64,000 nt of DNA from Gammaproteobacteria bacterium (GCA_965209035.1 OZ242372.1:800001-864000), one strand, 5' to 3'. Counted from the stretch's first letter, positions 9,229 through 19,359 are shown. Notes: a model not told the origin generated them from the letters alone. Made by a program: numbers and translations.

Positions 9229-9972
9229 TTTTTCTTATAGTTGTCGGGGTTTCTTTGATCTTGCCGGGACATGTTACAGTTGCCACATCTCCAATCCAAA
9301 AATTGATGCGTATCCGGGTCATGATGCCGATGCCCGGCACCTTTCAGGTACCTTCCCAAACACGATTGCAAACGGAACATTTGTCACCGGAGCTCGGGCG
9401 GGGAGGCATTTTGTCTTTGTCTCGATCAAAAACTTTTTGTCTAATCTTGTCCGTTTGTTTTTGGCAACTTTTGCATAAAGCATTGGAGCGCATTAGGTAA
9501 CCCTTGCTCTCAACTCTTGTCTGATAATAAGAAAATTAATTCGCGGGAAGCATTTTTCCGCACTCGCGGCACTCTAATGGCTTTTGTGGGATTCCATGCG
9601 TTAATATAAAACTGATGGCGTTTGGTTTCTTCTTTTTGTAATTTTCCAACACAGTATTGTGCGTCTTAGAATTGGTAAGTAATTTACTTTTTATTAACTT
9701 CTCTATAAATATTAATACGTCCTTCCTCTTTATTTTTGGGAATTATATACAATACTCCCCAATTTGATCCATACTTTATTTCACTAAATCACAATACTTG
9801 ATCCGTTTGCCCCGAAGGGCAATACAAAGGGATTTCAATCGATCTAAGGTATCAATCGCACAATTTGTTTTTTCTTCTTGTCTTCATAGTGGTATGAATA
9901 CCATTATTATACTGTGAAATATTTACTTTTTAAGGTTGGGGAGTATTGTATATAATTCCCTTATTTTTTCAT
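9225..9972 (-). pseudogene. Degraded HNH/beta-beta-alpha-Me Zn-finger endonuclease (Hpy99I/EndoVII-like), putative cognate restriction enzyme
   Basis: Manual translation across frameshifts and stops gives CRECGK...LCKSC...PPRPSSGDKCSVC...HRHHDPDTHQF..WRCGNCN. Its TGA overlaps the methyltransferase ATG (ATGA), and the 5' end is interrupted by a MITE. Confidence 0.7.
9738..9960 (-). mobile_element. 223-bp MITE, internally deleted IS1595-family element
   Basis: Perfect 25-bp inverted repeats GGGAATTATATACAATACTCCCCAA; 8-bp target duplication TTATTTTT (9730..9737 and 9961..9968); minus-strand interior encodes an IS1595-like C-terminus (IDTLDRLKSLCIALRGKRIKYCDLVK*). Confidence 0.9.
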
Positions 9973-10012
9973 ATTAACGCATTAATAAGTTCGCCGCATA
10001 CGGTGTTTTCTT

Positions 10013-11113
10013 TTACCGAAAGGCAGGGCGCAAAATGCGGTCGTAGAAGCTGTGAGTCAGTTGTTGTGCCGTCCCATCCAAAAGACGATTCAGGTAATCC
10101 ACTTTAGGCGAATAGTCAATAAAATTGTCCATACCGGTTCTGTCCCGCGCCACCGAACGCAAACTCCCCAGCCCGTCTATTAACCCCAAGTCCAGCGCGC
10201 GCTCGCCGTTATAGATGTAGCCGGAAAAAATATCCGGGTCATCGCTGAGCCTATCACCCCGCCCTCGCTTGACATCCGCGACAAAGTTGTCATAAAGTGC
10301 ATCCAGCACCTGCTGCCAGAAAACTTCTTGGTCGGGTTTTACCGGCGCAAAGGGATCCAAAAATGCCTTGTTTTCGCCGCTGGTGTAGAGTCTTCTTTCC
10401 AACCCGAGTTTTTCAATCGCCTCTTCAAACCCGAACCCGCCGGAAATGATGCCGATAGAACCGACCAGACTGCTGTCATCCGCATAAATCTCATCCGTGG
10501 CGGATGCGATATGATAAGCGGCCGATGCCGCCAACTCGTCAACTACCGCATAAACTTTCTTCGCCGGATATTCCGCACGCAGACGCATCAGTTCGTCATA
10601 AATACGACCGGAATGCACCGGACTGCCGCCGGGGCTGCTGATGGACAGAAATATTGCCTTACTGTTCTTATTTTCAAAAGCACGCCGCAGGCTGTCGTTC
10701 ATGAGGCCGGAACTAATGAACCCGGCGGAACCTCCTCCGCTCGCGACAATACCTTTCATTTGAATCAATGCCAAATGCTCTCCTTGTTTTGGATAGAACT
10801 CCTTGTAAACATTGAACTCCAATTGCTGGCACCGGGCAATCAGAACCAGAACAGATAAAAAAATGAGTAAGTAAACCAAGCGAAAAAAGATCTTCCAGCG
10901 GCGTTCGCGCGCGCGTTCTCGCAGAGAATAGGTCAGAGTTTTTTCGATAACATCCCAAACATCACCGGTCTTCGCCGACGAACGGCCAAAACCGAATAAC
11001 TTTCTTTTGGAAGAAGAATCGCGCGGCGTTGTTTTTCTCTTCTCCCAAGGTCGCACCTTGGTCCCCTTGGCGGGGTTAGCGGACAAACCTTCTTTTGAAT
11101 TCTCTTCTTTCAT
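10013..11113 (-). CDS. sppA: S49 family signal peptide peptidase (36K type)
   Basis: TM segment after RRWKIFFRL; ISSPGGS, AASAAYHIAS, SLVGSIGI, TSGENKAFLDPF, GLIDGLG. Confidence 0.92.
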   Translation of the reverse strand: MKEENSKEGLSANPAKGTKVRPWEKRKTTPRDSSSKRKLFGFGRSSAKTGDVWDVIEKTLTYSLRERARERRWKIFFRLVYLLIFLSVLVLIARCQQLEFNVYKEFYPKQGEHLALIQMKGIVASGGGSAGFISSGLMNDSLRRAFENKNSKAIFLSISSPGGSPVHSGRIYDELMRLRAEYPAKKVYAVVDELAASAAYHIASATDEIYADDSSLVGSIGIISGGFGFEEAIEKLGLERRLYTSGENKAFLDPFAPVKPDQEVFWQQVLDALYDNFVADVKRGRGDRLSDDPDIFSGYIYNGERALDLGLIDGLGSLRSVARDRTGMDNFIDYSPKVDYLNRLLDGTAQQLTHSFYDRILRPAFR

Positions 11114-11147
11114 TTATATAACCAAAAATTTACGACAGATACAAAAA

Positions 11148-13808
11148 TCAAGCGGCAAGACGAGACAGCACATAAGATAATATACCGCCGTGCTTGTAAT
11201 ATTGAACTTCCTGCGGCGTGTCTATGCGCACCCGGGCATGAAAAGAGACGGTCGTGCCGTCCGGCGCAACCGCAAGCACCTCAACTTCTTTTGCCATGCC
11301 ACCGTCAATTCCGCGAATGGTATAGACTTCTTTGCCGGAAAGTTTCAGGGTCTCGGCACTTTCGCCGTCCCGGAATTGCAATGGCAAAATACCCATACCC
11401 ACCAAATTGGTGCGATGAATACGCTCAAAACTTTCGGCAATCACCGCGCGCACACCGAGTAGTTTCGGCCCTTTTGCCGCCCAGTCTCGGGAAGAGCCGG
11501 TGCCATATTCCTTACCCGCAATAATCAAACAGGGAACCTTCTCTTTTTGATAGAGCATGGCGGCATCGTAAATACTCGTATCCTTGCCATCGGGCAGATG
11601 CACCGTGACCCCGCCTTCGCTGCCGGGCAAAAGTTTGTTGCGCAATCGGATATTGGCAAAAGTGCCGCGCATCATCACCTCGTGATTGCCGCGCCGCGAA
11701 CCGTAAGAATTAAATTCTTCGAGCGGGACTCCCAGTGATTTCAGATAATCGCCGGCGGGACTTTCCTCTTTAATAGAGCCGGCGGGGGATATGTGATCTG
11801 TCGTCACCGAATCGCCCACAAAAGCGAGCACTCTGGCGTTCTCCACCGTTTCGCGCCTCGCGTTCTCATTTTCCCCGCCCGCGAAAAAAGGCGGCTTGCG
11901 CACATAACCGGATGCGTCATCCCACTGATAGTTCGCCGATTTCGCCACATCTAACTTCGCCCAGTTTTCTTCGCCGTCAAAAATCGTGCCGTAGGTTCTT
12001 GTAAATTGGTCGCGCATCACCGATTGACGAATCAACTCGTCCAACTCTTTGTTGGATGGCCAGATGTCTTTTAAGAAAACATCCTCGCCTGTCTTGCTCT
12101 TACCCAGCGGTTCGGTATACAGATCTATGTCCATTCGGCCGGCAAGCGCATATGCCACCACCAACGGCGGCGATGCCAGATAGTTCATTTTTACTTCCGG
12201 ATGCACTCGTCCTTCAAAGTTACGGTTTCCCGACAAAACGGCACAGGCGGCCAGGTCTTGCTCTTTTATTCCCCGGGATATTTCGGATGGCAAAGGGCCG
12301 GAATTGCCGATGCAGGTAGTACAACCATAGCCCACCAAATTAAAACCGAGTTCTTTTAGGTATGTGTCCAGACCGGATTTTGCAAGATACTCGGTTACGA
12401 CCCGAGAACCCGGCGCCAAGGATGTCTTGACCCAGGGGCAACTCTTCAAACCGAGTTCCGCCGCTTTCTTTGCCAGCAATCCGGCACCGAGCATCACGGA
12501 CGGATTGGATGTGTTCGTACAAGAAGTGATGGCGGCAATCACCACGGAGCCGTCGCGCAGTTCAAATTCCTTGCCGCTATTCTTGTCCGTGATACGCGCA
12601 ACCCCGTCGGATGCAAACTCTTTCAATGCCGTCAAAAAACTTTGCTTGGATTCGCGCAGCGGCACCCGATCCTGCGGGCGTTTGGGACCCGCCAAACTGG
12701 GTTCCACATCTGCCAGGTTCAGTTTCAAGTGCTCGCTGTAGTTTGTATGATTGTCCCGCTCCCCGTCACTACCGTGAAACATCCCCTGTGCCTTGTAGTA
12801 TGCTTTGGTCAACTTGACCAGTTCTTCGCTGCGGTTACTGATCCGCATATAATTCAATGTTTCTTCGTCTATCGGAAAGATGCCGCAGGTGGCTCCGTAT
12901 TCCGGCGCCATATTGCCAATCGTTGCCCGGTCCGCCGGCGACATATTCGCAAGCCCGCTGCCGTAAAACTCAACAAACTTACCAACCACACCGTGGTTGC
13001 GGAGCATCTCCACCACAGTCAACACAATATCCGTGGCGGTAACACCTTCGGCCGGTGCGCCGCTGATTTCAAACCCAACTACCTTGGGCACCAGCATAGA
13101 TATCGGCTGACCGAGCATCGCCGCCTCGGCCTCAATGCCACCGACCCCCCAACCCAGGACACCCAGGCCGTTAATCATCGTGGTGTGCGAATCCGTGCCC
13201 ACCAAAGTATCCGGATAAACATATCCGTCCTTAACAAACGCAATCCGAGCCAGATACTCCAAGTTAACTTGATGCACTATGCCGGCTCCGGGCGGCACAA
13301 CCTTAAAGTTGTTGAACGCTTCCTGCCCCCACTTAAGAAACTGATAACGCTCGCCGTTGCGCATATATTCCAATTTGGTATTAAACGCAAGGGCTTCGGC
13401 ACTGCCAAACTTATCCACCTGCACCGAGTGATCCACAACCAACTCAACCGGTTGCAGCGGATTAATCTTTTGCGGGTCCTTTCCTTTGTCTTTCATCGCA
13501 TCGCGCATGGCCGCCAGATCGACGATAGCGGGAACGCCTGTAAAATCTTGCAAGAGAACACGCGCCGGTCTGTAAGCGATTTCCACGCTCGGCTCCGCCA
13601 GCGCATCCCAGTTGCTGAGTTTTTCAATGTCGTCCTTGGTCACTGTCTCCCCGTCTTCAAAACGCAAAAGATTTTCCAAAAGAATTTTCAACGAAAAAGG
13701 AAGTTTCTCCGCACCCGGAACCTTATTAAGATCATAATATTTATAGGACTTTCCATCCGAATGCACTTCGCTCAATGCATCGTAGCTGTTTTTATTTTTA
13801 TGGTTCAT
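11148..13808 (-). CDS. acnA: Aconitate hydratase A
   Basis: [73 protein letters not shown]. Confidence 0.98.
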   Translation of the reverse strand: MNHKNKNSYDALSEVHSDGKSYKYYDLNKVPGAEKLPFSLKILLENLLRFEDGETVTKDDIEKLSNWDALAEPSVEIAYRPARVLLQDFTGVPAIVDLAAMRDAMKDKGKDPQKINPLQPVELVVDHSVQVDKFGSAEALAFNTKLEYMRNGERYQFLKWGQEAFNNFKVVPPGAGIVHQVNLEYLARIAFVKDGYVYPDTLVGTDSHTTMINGLGVLGWGVGGIEAEAAMLGQPISMLVPKVVGFEISGAPAEGVTATDIVLTVVEMLRNHGVVGKFVEFYGSGLANMSPADRATIGNMAPEYGATCGIFPIDEETLNYMRISNRSEELVKLTKAYYKAQGMFHGSDGERDNHTNYSEHLKLNLADVEPSLAGPKRPQDRVPLRESKQSFLTALKEFASDGVARITDKNSGKEFELRDGSVVIAAITSCTNTSNPSVMLGAGLLAKKAAELGLKSCPWVKTSLAPGSRVVTEYLAKSGLDTYLKELGFNLVGYGCTTCIGNSGPLPSEISRGIKEQDLAACAVLSGNRNFEGRVHPEVKMNYLASPPLVVAYALAGRMDIDLYTEPLGKSKTGEDVFLKDIWPSNKELDELIRQSVMRDQFTRTYGTIFDGEENWAKLDVAKSANYQWDDASGYVRKPPFFAGGENENARRETVENARVLAFVGDSVTTDHISPAGSIKEESPAGDYLKSLGVPLEEFNSYGSRRGNHEVMMRGTFANIRLRNKLLPGSEGGVTVHLPDGKDTSIYDAAMLYQKEKVPCLIIAGKEYGTGSSRDWAAKGPKLLGVRAVIAESFERIHRTNLVGMGILPLQFRDGESAETLKLSGKEVYTIRGIDGGMAKEVEVLAVAPDGTTVSFHARVRIDTPQEVQYYKHGGILSYVLSRLAA

Positions 13809-13980
13809 AGTTTTATATTTGTATCACTTTTATCTTACAATATTTTTTACCACTTTGGATATAAAGGATATAAAAATCGTTCTTTGTTCCACTTTTTGTC
13901 TTGACTTTTTAACCTCACAGTAGGCATACCCGACAGAGCGCATATTAATTTAATTGGACGGCTAAAAAGCATTTAATCGG

Positions 13981-15228
13981 CTAATCGGTCGCATCTTGCC
14001 GGATGGATCCCCGCACTTCTTTTAGATATTCCAGTCGCGCCGCACGGATGCGTTTGGCGATCGTTTTTTTGTCGCCCTGGCGGGCAATCTCCGTTACCGA
14101 AAACTGCCGAAGTTTTTCGGCAGTTTCTAGGAGTATTTCATCCTTGCCGTAAACAAAATCGGTACTCCTTCCCTCTATGCCGAGAGCATCCGCCTTTGCC
14201 ACCATCGCAAATTCTTTGATTCTGTTCGGGCGCCGCCACAGATCGAAGGCTTCGCATAACTTAAGCAGCGTTGTGTCCCGCAACTCGTTCACCCTATGAC
14301 AATGTGTGTGATATCGACAACTTAGCATCGCCAGATCGCGCATCTCTGTGGGGACACGCAGGCGTTCACACAGTTTCTCCGCCAACCGAACGCCGCGCTC
14401 CTCGTGTCCGTGGTGACTCGGCAAAATGTCTTTCGGTGTTGTGCCCTTGCCCAGATCATGACACAAAGCGGCGAACCGCACCGTCGCGCGCGCGCTGAGT
14501 TTTGCCGCCTGCTCCAAGACCATCATCGTATGTAGCCCGCAATCCACTTCCGGATGCCATTTTTCCGGTTGCGGCACACCGAACAGAGCGGCAATCTCCG
14601 GATACCAGGCATCCAGACCGCCGACTTCTTGCAGTGCGGTAAAAAAGATCCAAGGCGAATCGGTCTTCAATGCCTGTTCCGTCTCTCGCCATACTCGTTC
14701 GGCACTTAAGGTTGTCAGTTCATCGCCGGCTGTCATCTGCTTTAGCAAAGTTTCGGTTTCCTCCGCCAGACGGAATCCAAGCGAATGAAACCTTGCCAAA
14801 AAGCGCGCCGCCCGCAAGATCCTGAGCGGGTCCTCGGTAAATGCCGGCGATGTGTGTCGCAGCACCCTGTTATTCAAATCGCTTTGCCCGCCGTAAGGAT
14901 CTATGAGATTTCCGTTTTCGTCGGTTGCCATCGCATTGATCGTCAGATCGCGCCGCCTGAGATCTTCCTCCAGACTAACATCCGGTTGGGCATAAAATAC
15001 AAATCCTTTGTAGCCCTGTCCGTGTTTGCGTTCGGTACGCGCCAGCGCGTGCTCTTCTTTGGTTTTCGGATGCAAGAATACCGGAAAATCTTTGCCTACG
15101 GGTTGAAACCCTTCGGCAAGGAGGTCTTCCGGCTTGGCACCCACCACCACCCAATCTCTGTCTTTGACCTCCAGGCCGAGGAGTTTGTCTCGCACCGCAC
15201 CGCCGACAATGTAACGCTTTGCTTTCAT
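13981..15228 (-). CDS. cca: Multifunctional CCA-adding/repair enzyme
   Basis: [42 protein letters not shown] domain ALCHDLGKG. Confidence 0.97.
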   Translation of the reverse strand: MKAKRYIVGGAVRDKLLGLEVKDRDWVVVGAKPEDLLAEGFQPVGKDFPVFLHPKTKEEHALARTERKHGQGYKGFVFYAQPDVSLEEDLRRRDLTINAMATDENGNLIDPYGGQSDLNNRVLRHTSPAFTEDPLRILRAARFLARFHSLGFRLAEETETLLKQMTAGDELTTLSAERVWRETEQALKTDSPWIFFTALQEVGGLDAWYPEIAALFGVPQPEKWHPEVDCGLHTMMVLEQAAKLSARATVRFAALCHDLGKGTTPKDILPSHHGHEERGVRLAEKLCERLRVPTEMRDLAMLSCRYHTHCHRVNELRDTTLLKLCEAFDLWRRPNRIKEFAMVAKADALGIEGRSTDFVYGKDEILLETAEKLRQFSVTEIARQGDKKTIAKRIRAARLEYLKEVRGSIRQDATD

Positions 15229-15366
15229 TATGGTAACCGAATTAATCTATGACAATTAGGGCAACCTATGGCGGCGCCTCCCTTTCTTACAATGAAACGG
15301 ACAGAACGGTATGAACGAGAAAAAACGGGAGAAGCAAGCGATAACATCCTTATAAATTATAACCAT

Positions 15367-16143
15367 ATGGCAAACCGGACAAAACATCGCTTACATTACC
15401 CGGGCACACTGGGGCGGGATGCCGTCTTGACCCCGGATGCCGGACAGGGGCATTACCTGACAAGAGTTCTGCGGCTCGGAGCGGGCGACCGTCTGTGTCT
15501 GTTCAATGCAAAAGACGGGGAATGGTTGGCGGAAGTAATCGAAGCGGACCCGACGGGTTGCAAACTGTGTGTCCCGGAAAAGGTTGCAAACTATACAAGA
15601 AGCCCGTTACGGGTTTCTCCGGGTCAGGTGATCGCCCGTGGCAACCGGGCAGATTGGGCCATTGGCAAAGCCACCGAATTGGGAGTGAACGAAGTTTGGC
15701 CGCTGTTCAGCGAGAGATGTCAGGTGCATATCGCCCCACAATCCATCGGCGGCAAGCAACGCAGATGGCAAGAGATCGCCAACGAAAGTGCCTGCCGGTG
15801 TTTGCGGACGGATCCGCCGAAGGTGAGGCCGCCGCAGACACTTGGCACGTTTCTGACACAAGACGGTTGCGATGCCAAAATTGTGATGCATGAAAGTGCC
15901 GATGATTCGGCGCGGAGAATTAGCAAATTGCTTAACCCGGTTGCCCGGCAAAACCCGGCCGGGTTTTCATTGGCATTGCTTGTGGGACCGGAAGGGGGGT
16001 TTAGCGAAGGTGAAATTGAATCCGCCGCGGGTCTCGGTTTCCGTCCCTGGCAACTCGGTCCCCGTCTGTTCAGAACCGAAACCGCCGCGCCGACGGCTCT
16101 GGCGGTGTTGCAGTATTTATACGGAGATCTCGGCGAACAATAA
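15367..16143 (+). CDS. rsmE: 16S rRNA m3U1498 methyltransferase
   Basis: HYLTRVLRL, KATELGV, LLVGPEGGFS, LGPRLFRTETA. Start chosen at MANRTK; the ORF is open from 15268. Confidence 0.93.
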   Translation: MANRTKHRLHYPGTLGRDAVLTPDAGQGHYLTRVLRLGAGDRLCLFNAKDGEWLAEVIEADPTGCKLCVPEKVANYTRSPLRVSPGQVIARGNRADWAIGKATELGVNEVWPLFSERCQVHIAPQSIGGKQRRWQEIANESACRCLRTDPPKVRPPQTLGTFLTQDGCDAKIVMHESADDSARRISKLLNPVARQNPAGFSLALLVGPEGGFSEGEIESAAGLGFRPWQLGPRLFRTETAAPTALAVLQYLYGDLGEQ

Positions 16144-16155
16144 GGGGCATCTATG

Positions 16156-16203
16156 TTTTTGGGTTTTTAGGTTTTTGGGTTTTTGGGTTTTTGGGTTTTT
16201 AGG
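16156..16203. repeat. 8-bp tandem repeat (TTTTT-RGG)x6
   Basis: tttttggg/tttttagg units directly after the rsmE stop. Confidence 0.9.
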
Positions 16204-16349
16204 CAACTTGCTGTTAAGGTAAAAGTCGCCCGCTATCCCCGCCCGCAAGAAGCGGAGCGATAACCGGGAGCCTGTGATGACGCAGCCGCGGTTTGTTTTT
16301 TATGCTTCCTATCAGTAAGAAGGAAAAGAAAGACGGGGGCTTTTGATTT

Positions 16350-17381
16350 TCAGGGAATAAGATGTCGCACCGAGTCGCGCTCTTCCAATAATTCGGTCTG
16401 TGATTTCTCCATTCCGGCGCGACTGAACTCATTAATTTCCAGATCTTTAACGATCCTGTATTCGCCGTTGGCACATGTCACCGGATAGGAATAAAAAATG
16501 CCCTTACCCAGGTCATACTCGCCGTTGCCAAAAATTGCCATACTGGTCCAATCATCGGCACTATGATCTGCTAGGATGGCAGACATTTCGCCGCAGCTCC
16601 CATCATCAGTGGAGGTACCGAGTTGCCAGTCGCGCATAGCACAAAGTGCGGCATTGGCGGCACTGGCGGCACTGGATGCGCCGCGCGTTTGAATAACCTC
16701 TGTGCCGCGTTTTTGCACACGCGGGATCATCTCCTGTTGATACCAGGTGTTGTCAATCAATCCCAAAGCCGGTTTGTAGTCGATTGTCGCATGATGAATG
16801 TCGGGGAACTGCGTAACCGAGTGATTACCCCAAACAATGACACGCCGAACATCGGCGTTGAGATGTTCGCTCTTCATCGCAAGTTGGGCTTGAGTCCTAT
16901 TATGGTCAAGACGCATCATCGCGCTGAACCGGTTCGATGCCAGGTCCGGCGCATTGGACATAGCGATCAGCGCGTTGGTATTGGCGGGATTGCCAACTAC
17001 CAAAACTCGCACATCGCGGGCGGCCACTGCATTGATCGCCTTCCCCTGAACGGAAAAAATCTCGGCATTGGCGCCGAGTAAGTCTTTGCGCTCCATCCCG
17101 GCACTTCTGGGTCTGGCGCCGACCAAAAAAGCAAAATTGGCATCCGCAAATGCCACATTCGGGTCGGCGGTGCAGACCGTTTTATGCAATAGAGGGAACG
17201 CACAGTCGTCCAACTCCATCGCAACTCCCTTAAGCCCGTCAAGGGCTGCCGGAACTTCCAACAGATGCAAAATAACCGGCTGGTCCTTGCCTAACAATTG
17301 CCCGCTGGCAATCCGAAAAATAAGCGCATAACCGATCTGTCCGGCTCCGCCGGTGACCGTCACAATTTGAGGTTGTTTCAT
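16350..17381 (-). CDS. mdh: Malate dehydrogenase (type 2)
   Basis: [39 protein letters not shown]. Confidence 0.97.
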   Translation of the reverse strand: MKQPQIVTVTGGAGQIGYALIFRIASGQLLGKDQPVILHLLEVPAALDGLKGVAMELDDCAFPLLHKTVCTADPNVAFADANFAFLVGARPRSAGMERKDLLGANAEIFSVQGKAINAVAARDVRVLVVGNPANTNALIAMSNAPDLASNRFSAMMRLDHNRTQAQLAMKSEHLNADVRRVIVWGNHSVTQFPDIHHATIDYKPALGLIDNTWYQQEMIPRVQKRGTEVIQTRGASSAASAANAALCAMRDWQLGTSTDDGSCGEMSAILADHSADDWTSMAIFGNGEYDLGKGIFYSYPVTCANGEYRIVKDLEINEFSRAGMEKSQTELLEERDSVRHLIP

Positions 17382-17513
17382 AATGCTTCTATTATACTTT
17401 TATGCTTTTACTTTAACCCGATGACGCTTAAGAAAAAAGAAGTTTCCTCATAATTGAAAACCGCGAAGGACCGGATACCGCGCCTGGCCCGCCCCGGATC
17501 GCGCACTTCCATT

Positions 17514-18641
17514 TCACTTATATTCCCCTTTATCTTCTCTCAGATTGGGGGCATTGATGAGCAAGCGGAGAAGTGGCCTATGAACATAATAATAAGATCT
17601 GGCATGATATTTGTTTTCTTCTACCATGCCTATTTCTTTTAGAATACCGATATACTTGATCGCAGTTAGAGGTGAAATCCTCAGCTCGGTTGTCAAGAGT
17701 TTGCGGGTGATGATCGGATATTGAAAGAGTGCATTGAGTAGATCCTGGCTGTAAATTTTCGTTTCGTTTCGCAATCGGTCTTTTTGCTCCCGCATCAGTT
17801 CCTTTATCTTGGATATGGTTTCCAGGGTTCCGCGCGCGGTGGTATCCGCCGCACGCAGGATGTATGCAATCCACTCGCGCCAGGTTTCGGCATCTTGTCG
17901 CAACCTCACTTTCTGCAAAAGTTCATAGTATTTGGCTTTGTTGTGCGTAATGTAGCGACTGAGATATAGGATAGGGCTATCCAGCAGACCGGCCATGATG
18001 AGATAAAGAATGCAGATCATCCGCCCTGTTCTGCCTTTGCCATCGTAAAAAGGGTGAACGCTCTCAAATTGATGATGAATCAACGCCATTCGGACCAAGG
18101 GATGCAGGTCGTCCAATTCGCCCTGCTTGGTATTAATGTATTCCAACAGGTTGTTGAGCAGGGAAAGAATTTCTTGCTCATCTTGCGGCGGTGTGTAAAC
18201 GATCTCGCCGCCGCTGTTCTTAAGCACCGTGCCGGGAAGTTTGCGAATGCCCGCATTATTGGCAAGCAGTTTTTCTTGTATGGCACAAAGGAGATCCAAC
18301 CTGAAATGCCCTTCTTCCTTTATTGTTTCGTATCCGTGAAGCATGGCGGGGATATAGTTGTGAACTTCCTTGGCGGCGGGATTTTGAGAACCCATTTTTG
18401 CTCGTGCCATAAACAGATCGTCGTGGGTCGTGATGATGTTTTCTATTTCGGAACTGTCCTTTGCCTCCTGTATGGGTAAAGTGGAAAGCAGTATACTTTT
18501 GTTGGGTATGGACTCGGCCATGCCCTTTAGTTCGGCAAGGCTACTGCGAGCGTCCCCCAATAACAGAGCCAGCCGTATATCCATTAATTTTAATGATAAC
18601 GGAAGGCACTCTATTTGGGCAACTTGAGTATTGATCGTCAT
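17514..18641 (-). CDS. Fic/DOC family protein (SoFic-like: N-terminal inhibitory helix, Fic domain, probable C-terminal winged HTH)
   Basis: EAKDSSEIENIITT (S/TxxxEG/N inhibition motif), HHQFESVHPFYDGKGRTGR, PILYLSRYI; the C-terminus (ITRKLLTTELRISPLTAIKYIGILKEIGMV) looks HTH-like. Confidence 0.92.
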   Translation of the reverse strand: MTINTQVAQIECLPLSLKLMDIRLALLLGDARSSLAELKGMAESIPNKSILLSTLPIQEAKDSSEIENIITTHDDLFMARAKMGSQNPAAKEVHNYIPAMLHGYETIKEEGHFRLDLLCAIQEKLLANNAGIRKLPGTVLKNSGGEIVYTPPQDEQEILSLLNNLLEYINTKQGELDDLHPLVRMALIHHQFESVHPFYDGKGRTGRMICILYLIMAGLLDSPILYLSRYITHNKAKYYELLQKVRLRQDAETWREWIAYILRAADTTARGTLETISKIKELMREQKDRLRNETKIYSQDLLNALFQYPIITRKLLTTELRISPLTAIKYIGILKEIGMVEENKYHARSYYYVHRPLLRLLINAPNLREDKGEYK

Positions 18642-18676
18642 AAGAGGTAATTGGTGTTGTTATACCAATAAGTATA

Positions 18677-19359
18677 CATAAAAAATGGTAAAAAGTATAT
18701 AACCTTCCAAAAGATTATATAAAAAATAGTAAAAAGTATATAAACCTTCAAAGGAATGTATAAAAAATAGCAAAAAGTATATAACCTTCTAAAAGATTAT
18801 ATAAAAAATAGTAAAAAATATATAAACCTTCAAAGGAATGTATAAAAAATAGCAAAAAGTATATAACCTTCCAAAAGATTATATAAAAAATGGTAAAAAG
18901 TATATAACCTTCCAAAAGATTATATAAAAAATGGTAAAAAGTATATAACCTTCCAAAAGATTATATAAAAAATAGCAAAAAGTATATAACCTTCTAAAAG
19001 ATTATATAAAAAATAGCAAAAAGTATATAACCTTCCAAAAGATTATATAAAAAATGGTAAAAAATTTATAGATATAGTATGAACTACAAACAAATAGCAT
19101 AAAAGTTTATAGATATAGTATGAACTACAAACAAATAGCATAAAAGTTTATAGATAAAGGACTATCTATAAAGAAATACCAAAAAAGTTTATAGATGAAG
19201 GACTATCTATAAAGAAATGCCGAAAAAGTTTATAGATGAAGGACTATCTATAAAGAAATGCCGAAAAAGTTTATAGATGAAGGACTATCTATAAAGAAAT
19301 GCCGAAAAAGTTTATAGATGAAGGACTATCTATAAAGAAATGCCGAAAAAGTTTATAGA
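18677..19359. repeat. Non-coding tandem array with exact 41-bp period (16 full units, three subfamilies)
   Basis: Unit anchors at 18695, 18736, 18777 ... 19351, always +41. Nine type-A units (GTATATAACCTTCCAAAAGATTATATAAAAAATGGTAAAAA and variants), two type-B (GTTTATAGATATAGTATGAACTACAAACAAATAGCATAAAA), five type-C (GTTTATAGATGAAGGACTATCTATAAAGAAATGCCGAAAAA). Confidence 0.96.

Noticed and set aside
7212-9960. Composite IS1595 transposon carrying the R-M cassette (IS left end to MITE outer end)
   Set aside because: The flanking 8-mers differ (TTAATTAT vs TTATTTTT) and the MITE has its own target duplication, so the two insertions are independent.
12642-13904. 420-aa + strand ORF
   Set aside because: Antisense shadow of acnA with no recognisable motifs.
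18677-19359. 41-bp array as a CRISPR array
   Set aside because: Adjacent units are identical or nearly so over their full length, there are no unique spacers, and no cas genes are in the window.
18677-19359. Array as a coding repeat or N-terminal extension of Fic
   Set aside because: The period of 41 is not a multiple of 3 and the ORF track shows no ORF there.
18677-19359. Array as replication-origin iterons
   Set aside because: No rep, dnaA or par gene is nearby and I did not see DnaA boxes; not excluded, but unsupported.
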